In this document: positions 43,251 through 52,940 of the stretch, piece after piece
Layout of the letters: the number at the start of each line of letters is the position of its first letter
How positions within the stretch are numbered: the stretch's first letter is position 1
Assembly (NCBI RefSeq): GCF_018977255.1
Contig: NW_024705213.1
Span: 1-62,032, forward strand
DNA length: 62,032 bases
Direction of reading: 5' to 3'
Source of the DNA: Callorhinchus milii
Lineage: Eukaryota
Notes under the pieces: model-generated
What the model was told of the DNA's origin: nothing
Databases searched by the model: none
What the model saw: only the letters and a program-made list of their open reading frames with translations
Made by a program: the position numbers and the translations under genes

Positions 43251-44652
43251 GGGCCAATGAAATGAGTCGACACGGAATGCAGTGTTGAAGGCCAGGCCAC
43301 AGCTGCCGACTGGCTGGCGGCCTCTAGCTCAAGCTCTTATGCCTGAGTCAAGCGTCATTGGCCGGCGATTAATCGAGTGCTTAGCTGGAGAGACGTAGTT
43401 GGGCTTTAGATTTGGACAATTTCAAGTGCCGTGATTGATGCATTTTTTTTTCTTCTTGAAGACACTAAGGTCATTTCAAAATAACTTACCGTGAGTGAAT
43501 ATCTTACGGGAGTTGCGCTGGGGGGGGGAGAGAACAGAACAGCTGAGAAATAAAGCTACTACAGTAAGTATCGGTATATTTCCATGTCAATAATACAAGC
43601 GGAAAATGTAACCCTGCACAGTTGTGATGAAATAATAACGCTCCCAATATGCCCCGGGACTAAATAGTTTAATTTGGCCGTGGCAAAGCACACTATGGTG
43701 AATCAGTTAATATGAGGCAGTAGCATTAGCCAAGAGAGAGAGAGAGAAAAAAAACACACGCAAGCGCACGCACGAGCTTCGTGTTGCAGTGTGAGCACAG
43801 AATAAAATCGTTGCTGCAGAATGGTCGTTAACGAAAATGAGAAAGGAATAAACAGTTATTTGAAGCCTTCAGCAAAAGAGCAAACCTTATACGGTATCGA
43901 TGGATATTGTTTCCCATCACGTCTTTGTTGACCACACGTAGGGTTTATTTTTTCTTCCATGGATCTGGAGGTCACCCCTCTGCCACGTTTTGGGATTGCC
44001 TCTGTGTTTACCGCAGTAAAGGAGGTATTGACTGTCGTGCCAATTCTTACGCTTCGTGTTGGCCCTTTTCTTTATTTATTAGCAGAGCGATTCATTCTAA
44101 TTTCCAAAGGCCCAAACGGGGTTAACAAGCAATGGTTATATATAATTGTTATTAAATTAGCCACAGAGATGTTGAGTATACGTAGCTTAGGGAGTGATGA
44201 TTAATGTCTGTGTTTAACTTTTTTCATTATGGCAACAGTCACGTGGTTTCCTTTCTGTCACCGGTTTGTCACCTGTAGTCTTTTTTTTTGCTTTGTCATT
44301 TCGAAAGTGAATTATGCAATCTTAAAGAGCTACCTTTAGTAATATGACTACAGCAAACGATAACTCGGAATTGACCTTGCTGCTATCTGTTGTAGGACTG
44401 GTGGAACCCACCCATCTACATTCTATGCCAAGAAGAGCTTTCACAAGCGGCTTATGCCGATCCAATAAAATGCAGAGCCATGGCGGCAGGTGTCTGCGTT
44501 CATAAAAAGGGAGCTAAAATATTCATTAGGAAGACGAAATTGTGGCGCACGGTGGAGCCCTGGCATTGCTAACGCTGATGTGCACGTGATCACAGGCGCA
44601 CGCTTGTGTAAGTGTTCAAGAAAGGACATTTCCTTTTTTGCGCGCAGTGGGG

Positions 44653-45081
44653 CAGAGGTCGCAAACGGGTTTTGATTCCTTACCCGTACCCTTACCCGGC
44701 CGCACCAGGGTCGCAAATGGGTACCCGTACCCGGCCGGGTACAGGTAGCCGTATCTTACCCGTACCCGTACCCTACCCGAAATGAGTGACAAACGGTTAC
44801 TCACCAGTGACTCACGGCCTACCCGTACCCGGCCGCACCAGGGTCGCAAACGGGGTACCCGTACCCGGCCGGGTACAATAGCAGTGTTCCTACCCTGTAA
44901 CAATTCCATCATGAAATGGCAACCCTGATGCTTCATGAATGGAAAGGAGAGTGGTAGTGATGGTAGTGCTGACCACTCACTACAAATGAGACGTAAGTGC
45001 ACTCTGAATAAGGTTTGCTTTTATATGCATGTACAATGGTCGCCACAAATTCAGGTATCGGGTACCCGATTGCGACCTCTG
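44653..45081. mobile_element. Non-autonomous hAT-type DNA transposon (MITE), 429 bp
   Basis: TIRs CAGAGGTCGCAAACGGGT (44653-44670) and ACCCGATTGCGACCTCTG (45064-45081) match at 17/18. Perfect 8-bp TSD CAGTGGGG at 44645-44652 and 45082-45089. Subterminal ACCCGT/AAACGG repeats. An 8-bp TSD and CAG termini are typical of hAT. Confidence 0.9.
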
Positions 45082-45499
45082 CAGTGGGGGCCTGAGAAGA
45101 GTATTAGCAAGAAGTTTGCGTTCTCCAACTTGCTCGTTACGTAAAGTAAATTGCTTGAAGACCCGACGGGCTCGGATACGCGGGAAATTCGCCACCAACA
45201 ACCGCGCGTGTGCACACAGTCGCTGTGTGCACAGCAAAGGTCGAGGGTAACCAATTTGATATAAAAAAAAAAACACAATCGGAGGCGTTTGTCGCAGAGA
45301 CAACTGGAAAACACAGGGGAGTCTATTTGCCCGCGACAGCGACTGAAAGCAGGTCAGAAGAAAAATGATGGAGTAAAATGGCGAATGGGCACAGGCTTGG
45401 TGTGCTTTTGACGTTTGCTGTCCACATCCCCGCACCTCCGATTAGCACGGTTGGCTGCGTACGCTACGAAAGAAGTCCAGCATACATACTAAGGCAGAA

Positions 45500-45886
45500 A
45501 CGTCGTAATAATTGCACGTCGCATATGGTTCAGACACATTGTCAATGAAGAAAATGTTTGACAAAAGTAAAAAAGAAAGTGCACAAAGAAACGGGGAGAG
45601 ACGCATGTTTGGACTTGCGCTGAGCGACAGAAAGGTGAGCAGCGCGGAGATTAGAGAACACTCGCAAGCGAAAGACATGGGCAGGGCACGTCACCTCGAA
45701 GGGGGTGATCGTCCGTGGCTTAAAAACAATGATTGAGTGCAAGCCAAGGAAAAGAACGCGTCCGAGAGCACGTCTACCGTGGAGATGGAGCGATAAAATC
45801 ATCTCGTGTGAAGGTGAACAGTGGATTATTGCATGGAAGGGTAACAAGAAATGGTGGCAGTCGATTCGCCATGGCTGATGATGATT
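45500..45886 (+). mobile_element. Degenerate RTE-clade LINE 3' end
   Basis: Translates with frameshifts to QRNGERRMFGLALSDRKVSSAEIREHSQAKD..WAGHV...KPRKRTRPRARLPWRWSDKI, matching the RTE ORF C-terminal motifs (QRxMERxMLG..DR, WAGH, RPxGRPxxRWxD). Ends in a (GAT)n tail. Confidence 0.7.
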
Positions 45887-46359
45887 GAAGCGAAGAGTTT
45901 TTGTTCTTCGAGCTCAGGACTGCTTAAGAGGAGGTCAAGAGAGTTCACATGCACTGGTGGTTTATAGGGGTGTGCGCGCGTGTATTCCCACATTAGGGTA
46001 CAAACACCAGGTCACACGCGCGCCACATGGTTCAGGCATGCACGGCAGTTGAGTAAAATCATCTCCTCTTATGGGTGAAAGAGAGCGAGACGAAAAGTAG
46101 AATTGTATCACCCGAACAACCTTGTCCAGATTCAGGCCTCTCCCATTTGGAAATGGCATCCCATAACAAAGATTAAGGTGCAGCGCTGCAATTCCTTACT
46201 CATGCTCGTCCTAGCGAAATAGTCTCCACGAGAGAGAGAGAGAGAGCTCTAGAGGGCATTTTGCCTACTCTTCCACGCTGGTCAGACTCCTTGGAAGGGG
46301 AGGAATGGAGGAAGCACTCACACTTTATCCCACCACACGCAATCTGTCAATCGACTAGC

Positions 46360-46574
46360 CATTGTGTACTCATTTAAACTACTGGGTGCACAGATGTGGC
46401 AGGTGGGGGGGCTGAATTAAATGAACTGGACATCTGTGAAAAAGAGCTTTATAGGCCAGCGGATGCCCCCAGTATAAATACATTTTCTCATTTTGATTCA
46501 ACTGCTGCGCCAAGATATCGAATCTGTGACCTCCGGATAACAAATCCAGTGTGCCAACCATTACACCATAGCGG
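46360..46574 (-). mobile_element. tRNA-derived SINE remnant
   Basis: The minus strand begins CCGCTATGGTGTAATGGTTGGCACACTGGATTTGTTATCCGGAGGTCACAGATTCGATATC, with an A-box-like TGGTGTAATGG and a B-box-like GATTCGATATC at tRNA-like spacing. 3' end approximate. Confidence 0.6.
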
Positions 46575-46743
46575 TGTTCCTACCCTGTAACAATTCCATC
46601 ATGAAACGGCAACCCTGATGCTTCATGAATGGAAAGGAGAGTGGTAGTGATGGTAGAGCTGACCACTCACTACAAATGAGACATAAGTGCACTCTGAATA
46701 AGGTTTGCTTTTATATGCATGTACAATGATCGCCACAAATTCA
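46568..46743 (+). repeat. 176-bp segment duplicated inside the hAT MITE (44878-45053)
   Basis: Ungapped direct match at offset 1690 bp; I count 5 mismatches in 176 bp. Confidence 0.95.
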
Positions 46744-47135
46744 ATTCATCTTTAGCTCACTTAAAAAAATGTAATTTAGTTTGTTGATTTTTTTGTTAAA
46801 AGCTATGGTTGATTATATTATATTTTGATATTCCCTGCATGCATTATTATATTTACTGCTGTATTGGGTACGGATTCTCTATGATTAGAAAGGATGTTAG
46901 CTTGTTTTACAAGCCTTTGGGCAATGGCAATTATTCTATTTATGTAGGTGCCAAGGCTCTTAGAGAGAGCTGTCCTCCATAAAGCTATCTGTACAATTTG
47001 TGACAAGGGTGTGCTGGAGCTTCCACTGTACTGACGAGTCGTAATAAACAACACAACAACTGGTACAGAGTTGCCATGTTGCTTTACTGCCATGATCTAT
47101 CAAAGGACACACTTGTAGATTTACAAAATGGTAGC

Positions 47136-47479
47136 TAACAAGTAAACCCATAAAACAAAGTTTTTCACTCTAAATCCTTTATATGCGTGGCGGCTAGAGT
47201 CCTCTCGTCCTCTGGCTTGAGATGGCTGCCACCTATGGTCAGATGATTGTCTGCCAGTATTAAGCAATTGGTAATTAAATATTTAATTTGTTTTCCCTAA
47301 ACAGTGTAAAATTTTGGGAATTTTTTTTCACGAACATTAATTGTCTCGCACAACGAGTCTGTGTGGAAAATGTCAGCTCGATTGGATCACGGGAAGTGGG
47401 TTAAAAACGACCGAAAGATTTGCACGGTCGTAAGCAAGTAAGCAAGCAAGCAAGCGAACTTAATATAAAGTATTTAAAA
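47136..47479 (-). mobile_element. Helentron/DINE-like non-autonomous element, copy A (inverted relative to copy B)
   Basis: 47295-47479 is the reverse complement of 47587-47777, and 47136-47192 is the reverse complement of ~47985-48042. Contains an (AAGC)n microsatellite and an AAATCCTTTATAT sub-terminal motif. Family assignment is inferred from architecture only. Confidence 0.55.
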
Positions 47480-47586
47480 TAGGCAGCTTTGTAAGTTCCA
47501 ATATCTGCCAGATTTATATATTTAAATTCAGAATACTGTGCAGCTTTATTTTATACATCAAATTTCATTACTTGACTGGAGGTGTT

Positions 47587-48042
47587 TTTTAAATCCTTTA
47601 TATTAAGTTCACTTGCTTGCTGGCTTGCTTGCTTGCTTACGACCGTGCAAATCTTTCGGTCGTTTTTTAACCCACTTCCCGTGATCCAATCGAGCTGACA
47701 TTTTCCACACAGACTCGTTGTGCCAGACAATTAATGTTCGTGAAAAAAAATTCCCAAAATTTTACACTTTTTAGGCAAAAAATATATATTTTACATATAT
47801 TCAAATAGAACTCATTCTTGGCTTTGGCTGAACGTCACAGTATAAGAGCCCAAGCGTAACCCCTCCACAGGCCGTGGCGGAGTAGCGCAGTTGGTAGCGC
47901 CCTCGCTTCCCATGCCAAAGGTCGCGGATCGATCCCGCGTCCTCCACAGGCGAATATATTTTTAATCCTTTATATTAAGTTCCCTGCCACGCATATAAAG
48001 GATTTATAGTGAAAACTTTGTTTTTACGGGTTATACTTATTA
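47587..48042 (+). mobile_element. Helentron/DINE-like non-autonomous element, copy B
   Basis: Starts in a T-run. Sub-terminal IR AAATCCTTTATAT (47591-47603) / ATATAAAGGATTT (47993-48005), (GCTT)n microsatellite near the 5' end, and a short 3' hairpin GTGAAAAC-TTT-GTTTTTAC. This layout resembles DINE-1/HINE elements. Confidence 0.55.
47874..47948 (+). pseudogene. tRNA-like (Gly-CCC-like) degenerate sequence inside the repeat element
   Basis: D-arm GCGC-AGTTGGTA-GCGC is intact and the anticodon loop TTCCCAT reads CCC. The T-arm GCGG-ATCGAT-CCCGC is degenerate, and the acceptor and anticodon stems are imperfect. Confidence 0.6.
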
Positions 48043-48999
48043 ACAAGTGATTTTGTGCAATTCGTAACGGACTTATTATTTTTAAGCATCAGAAACCCTG
48101 GCATTGTATTGAATCACTGGGTTTCCTACACATCCTACTTTTTTAGACGTATTCATTTATGCTTATGCTCAAAATGTCCATTGAGTAAGTTCAATAAAAT
48201 AAACAATGTTTTTGTTGACACCATATGGTAATAGACCTTACCAGTAAATAGTTAATGTCCTCGCATTCTCTCCACCGCCAAACTGCTTGCCAGATGGTCT
48301 TGTCCAAATGCGATATGTTTTTTTTATTCCCAATTTTATTGTCGGAAAGTGAATAATATCTAAAAAAAAATCAGCTGAAATTGGCATCTTCTGCTCGCTT
48401 TTCATAGCGTTGTGATCACGATGGCAAAAGGGGCTTGGAGCAAGACATATGTTGTGTTTATTTCCTCATTGAATCGCAGAAATCCCTGGTTTCCACCTTA
48501 CGAGGATTCTATCTCTTTTCACATTCAATAAGAGCACGGTGAATGCCTCCCACTGACCTCGAGTGAAATCAAACCCCTTTTATACAATACAGGTTCCTGC
48601 TATTCTTTCGACGGGATATGATTGAAGGACCCACATTCGTTTCGGCTAAATCGTTATTATCATCATCATCATCAACAGCCAAAATCAATCCATTGCCGCA
48701 CGAGGCCCTCCCCACGTCATTGTCGTCATTGCTCGGTCGCGCAATTCCATGATCCATCTTACTAATCTCGTACGTGAGCCGATGTCATCGCTCCATATCC
48801 ATGGTGGTCGCCCTGATGGGCATCGTCGCTCCTTGAGCTGCCATTCCATCACCAGTCTGGTGCATTGATCATTGCCCCTTTCTTCTGTGTCCTGCCCAAG
48901 CCCACGCGCTTTAGTTCGTCATCAAACATGATGTCTCCAATTGGCATTTGTACTCTGGTCCATGTTATGGGTGTCATTATGGCGCTTAGTGCCAGCTAC

Positions 49000-49764
49000 T
49001 GTCGCAGGAGTGGAAACGCACGTCAGCAGTCCTCTCCGCCACCAAGACCATAGGTTGACATGAGAGCTGGCCATAGTGGGCATGGTTCTACTGGGGGTTG
49101 GAGGAGAGCAAGTGAGGACATGCTACTCCGCGTGAACCCGAGAGGGCACGTGACCAAGACAGAGTAGCAAGGGGGCCGAAGGGGGCTCGAGGGACACGTG
49201 ACGTGGAGCCGTGAGCCTTCTGGCAAGATCCAGAAGGGGGCGTAGCCGAGGGCGGAGCAAGGCCGCGCTCGGGGTATAAAGGGGAAGCACGAGAGCGATT
49301 GGAGCTCGTCTGTGGAATCAACCCTGGGTGCTACGTCGCTTCGGTCTTCGACCTTCGCTCGGCATCGTGGGTCAGGCAACGTGTAGCTGGCCGACCCCTT
49401 TCGTGTAGTTAACCGCTGCTCACATAATTAACCGTGTAGCTATCACCTAGCAGTAGAACCCGTGTATGTTTAGTTAGTTACCCTTTTGGAGAGTTGAAAT
49501 AAAAGTTCAATTTCGATTTAAAGCTTTCGTGACTGCAGGGATTCATCTTCTTGGTTCTTTTGGTAAAGTCACGTAGAATGGAAATAATAAAATAATAAAC
49601 CAATATTATATTATTGCATTATATTATTTTATTATATTATTATATTATAGTATTTTATTATTTTTTTTATATTATTATGCTTTATTTTATTATTTCCATT
49701 CTACGTGACTTTACCAAAAGAACCAAGAAAATAAAAGTGCAAGTGTGTGTCTCCATGGTCAACA
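49000..49764 (+). mobile_element. Solo LTR (Gypsy-like), interrupted by a Penelope-like insertion
   Basis: Termini TGTCG...CAACA, 4-bp TSD CTAC at 48996-48999 and 49765-49768, TATA-like TATAAA at ~49275, and AATAAA at 49498. Confidence 0.7.
49507..49728. mobile_element. Penelope-like inverted-repeat fragment with AT-rich spacer
   Basis: Perfect 48-bp inverted arms at 49548-49595 and 49682-49729. Homologous to 57940-58217 and 59819-59971 (TTTCGTGACTGCA.GGATTCAT, AGTCACGTAG). Flanked by a duplicated AAATAAAAGT (49497-49506, 49729-49738). Confidence 0.7.
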
Positions 49765-50541
49765 CTACACACGTGTTCCTCTTCACGTGTCTCTCTCCAT
49801 ATGCTTTTTGTTGGTACATTTTAAACCGTACATGTCCGCGTTTTCCAATCATCTAGGTAATAGCAGGCAACGTGCGTCGATGGACTCACATTAGTCCGTA
49901 GCTTTGACTTTCAAATTAAATTTTACTAAAAGCACTGCAACCTGCTGTCACTCGCCTCTTTAGTTCATCATTTGGATCTCAGTTCGTGTCTAATTTCCCA
50001 GACATACAAGGCCGACCTCTGTTGCGTTTGCCAGTTGTGTCCAACCCAACATTGTTCGATGCTTACATTTGGAATCTCGCTGCTTTTACAAAATTTCCAG
50101 TGCATCTAAAATAGCCGTAACAATGTTCCCTCGATGTGAATACGAAAGATGCACACTTCAAAATGTTCTTGCGAGAGAGGCCAGGGTAACCTGGAAACAA
50201 TGTGACCGATTGCTGTGATGTATAGTCCGCAGTCTGATTGTGATTTTAATGCAGTGTGGAGTGCAGGAACATATACACTCAAGTGAAATGTCTTCATGTT
50301 CAAACAAAACATCACATCTTCCAACAGATTGTCCACCAAAAGCTTTGCAATGCACCAAGCGAGCACTGTCGTTGGTCACATCCATTACGATCAAGGCAGA
50401 GCTGTGTGCATGTTATGTCTATTTAAAAAAAAATAACTATGAGCCACAATTGCTGAAGAATGTATCCTTACATTCTGAATGTAATAAGCCTGTATATTAA
50501 TTGGAAGAATAAAAAAACTGATTGTGCAGCAGACGGGAAGG

Positions 50542-50715
50542 CCATAATAGAGGTGTTTTTTGTGTTAGATCACGTAAATATAAATGTGTTGTTAAACCCG
50601 TCACCACCAGACACAACTAATTAGTAAGGTTTGTCACGTAAACAGAACGTGGCCAATTCGTTACCAGTACAGCACACCGGTGTGTTCGAGAGTAAACCCA
50701 CGACATTTACAATTC
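50542..50715 (+). repeat. Dispersed repeat fragment (copy 2), homologous to 1024-1201
   Basis: Direct alignment by eye with 1024-1201. Confidence 0.85.
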
Positions 50716-50861
50716 GAGTACATCGTTTTGCCAGTAATTACAACCAGCAACATCAGGCGACAGCCAGAGTTGTGGGGAAATCATCCTGTTTCTAGAAGTG
50801 TTTAATATAGTTTAAATATTGTTTTAAAAAAAAATCAAAAATTATCATACTATACTAGAGT

Positions 50862-51165
50862 TGTTTATTTCATCGTCATCAGCCATGGCCAATCTGCTGG
50901 TGGATGAAGGCCTCACCAATGTGTTGCCACCTCTCGCGACCCTGGGCTGTCATAGTTCACCGAGTAGTTGCACACGAGATGATTGCTCCATCTCCTCACG
51001 AGATGATCGCTCCATCTCATCACGAGATGATCGCTCCATCTCATCACGAGATGATCGCTCCATCTCCTCACGGGATGATCGCTCCATCTCATCATGAGCT
51101 GATTGCTCCATCTCCTCAGTGAATGGTCTCCCTTGCACATTCAATTTCTTGACTGCCACTCCATC
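50862..51165 (-). mobile_element. Degenerate RTE-clade LINE 3' end containing a 24-bp minisatellite
   Basis: The minus strand reads MEWQSR...LRRWS.. then RERWQHIGEAFIHQQ..HG*, followed by a GATGACGATG tail. The terminal GCCATGGCTGATGA is shared with the RTE copy at ~45868-45882. Confidence 0.65.
50973..51119. repeat. 24-bp minisatellite, ~6 copies
   Basis: Unit TCACGAGATGATCGCTCCATCTC(A/C) repeated in tandem; gives periodic ORFs (SSRDDRSI)n and (RWSDHLVM)n. Confidence 0.95.
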
Positions 51166-52642
51166 GTTATATATATATATATTTTGTTTCTATTTTTATC
51201 ATCATGGTTTTCATATCAGATTGGAAATATTCTTCCAAACTATATAATGTGCACGAATGCATTATTTTCAAACTAGCAATTAACTCCAAATTCTCAAGGT
51301 ACGATGTCCCTTTGCCTCATGTTTTATGCAGAAGCATCTTGCCGACTTCCGTAGCATTTATTCAAGCTCGATTTTTAGCACCAGAGTAAAAGTTTGAGAC
51401 GCCTTTTTGAACTTGCTACGGTCCTGGCAATGACAAATCTTCTTTTTCCCATTGGGTATTTACACAATCTCAGCTACTGGCCTTCTATTTTTTTCCCCTT
51501 CCCCCACGCATCTCGCTTTAAAGGCACCATGCTACTTTGATCAAGATTGGACGTGTCACATACTCTGATGACCTGATGCCAAAAGGCTTGCGTCCTCCGC
51601 GCGTTTGTTTGAGGGAGCACGGCTGATAAGGCTTTGAGCAGCCCAGCACTGGGAGCAGCATGAAAATACGTCTCTGAATGTTAAGGTGCAGATGGCCGTC
51701 TATAAATAATACCGGGTGCAATGAATTCGCTCAGACGCTTAAAACGTGTGTTCGCCTGCTAACACACACAACCGATCACAGATTTATAAAAGCGCGTCCT
51801 GGCGAATCCAATATACATACTCGTTTACAGCCCTTTGTCAAGCCACTGCTGAATGAGGGCCTCCCAACGCCAAGTCGGTCATCATGGCATCGCACCTTCG
51901 ATTAGCACGCTTGGCTACGTACGGTGCAAAAGAAGTTCTACACGTGTACATACATCAGGGTTGTTTGTCCATATTTCACAAATCTGTCCACCCAGGACTG
52001 GTTCACCGATCTTGCTGACCGTGACTGGTGATTGAACTCGGCTGGCCGCAGCGCCGACCAAACGCGCCACCGATCCACAAACCACAGCGTGCAGTCCTTG
52101 CGGCTGGTGCAAAAATGACACGTGGACTGATCTAATTCCGCACAAACACAGATACAAGCAACAACAGGGTCTTAGCCGTGTACATGCACCACGGGGCAGC
52201 GGGGGATACGATGCCCCAAAGCCCCAATGCCACGCTACAGGCCTTCAGACTGCAGACCTTGAGATTTATTGCTTAGGAAAAGCATGCTGGTGTGGGCTGA
52301 CATGGTTGTAGGCGTCATAAACCAGACACACGAGAGTGTGTGTGTGTGTGCTCTTTGCTGTCAGCACAGCATAAACTTGGGAGGGCCCTATATGTTGTGG
52401 GGGGGGGGGTGTAAGAAGGGGATTTTGTTCATGTGATCTCAACATAAAAATATTAAATAAAACATCTGCCATGTTTGGGTAACTTGTGAGATTGCGATCA
52501 CTTTTGGGAGAGTTAGAAAACCAGAAAATAGGCGAGAGTTTCGAGACCGTACGTAGCCAACTGTGCTAAACCGGAGGTGTGATGAGCACGGTGATGCTCT
52601 CTGTGTCGTGGAATGTGTCAAGCTGCATGATCTTACGTGGTG

Positions 52643-52745
52643 GATCTTATCAGTTCTCGAAAGCTAAGCAAGATGAGCCTGGATAGGGTTTGAATGGGCA
52701 ACCAACTCCAAGGGACAATGGATGAGAACGGTGATGTTATAGGCT
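52643..52745 (+). mobile_element. 5S rRNA-derived SINE (SINE3-like) head or 5S pseudogene remnant
   Basis: GATCTTATCAGTTCTCGAAAGCTAAGCAAGATGAGCCTGGATAGGGTTTGAATGGGCAACC resembles the 5S internal control region GATCTCGTCTGATCTCGGAAGCTAAGCAGGGTCGGGCCTGGTTAGTACTTGGATGGGAGACC. GTTATAGGCT at 52736-52745 resembles the 5S 3' end. Confidence 0.6.
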
Positions 52746-52940
52746 GCTTGGCTGCGTTGAGGGCAGCAGAAGGAAGTACTCCTTCGCCGATCCACGCTGA
52801 CCAGGGTGGTGAGTACGGTCAGGTAATCCCCACAACCAGCATGCAGTGGACAGTCCTTCCTGCGTAAATTAATTGACAAAGCGCTGTACATGTGCATCCA
52901 GTGCATGTAACTTTCAAATTTGGTTTTATGTGTTTGATTA

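Larger units (their letters stand above)
48652..49860 (-). mobile_element. Degenerate RTE-clade LINE 3' end, interrupted by the solo LTR at 49000-49764
   Basis: Minus-strand translation gives WAWAGH...DQCTRLVMEWQLKERRCPSGRPPWIWSDDI, and a (GAT)n tail lies at ~48655-48675. Sequence right of the LTR (CAAAAAGCATATGGAGAGAGACAC, minus) continues homology with the RTE copy at ~45583-45625. Confidence 0.65.

Noticed and set aside
49614-49856. Hydrophobic Tyr/Ile-rich ORF
   Set aside because: Translation of the AT-rich (TAT/ATT)n spacer of the Penelope-like palindrome.
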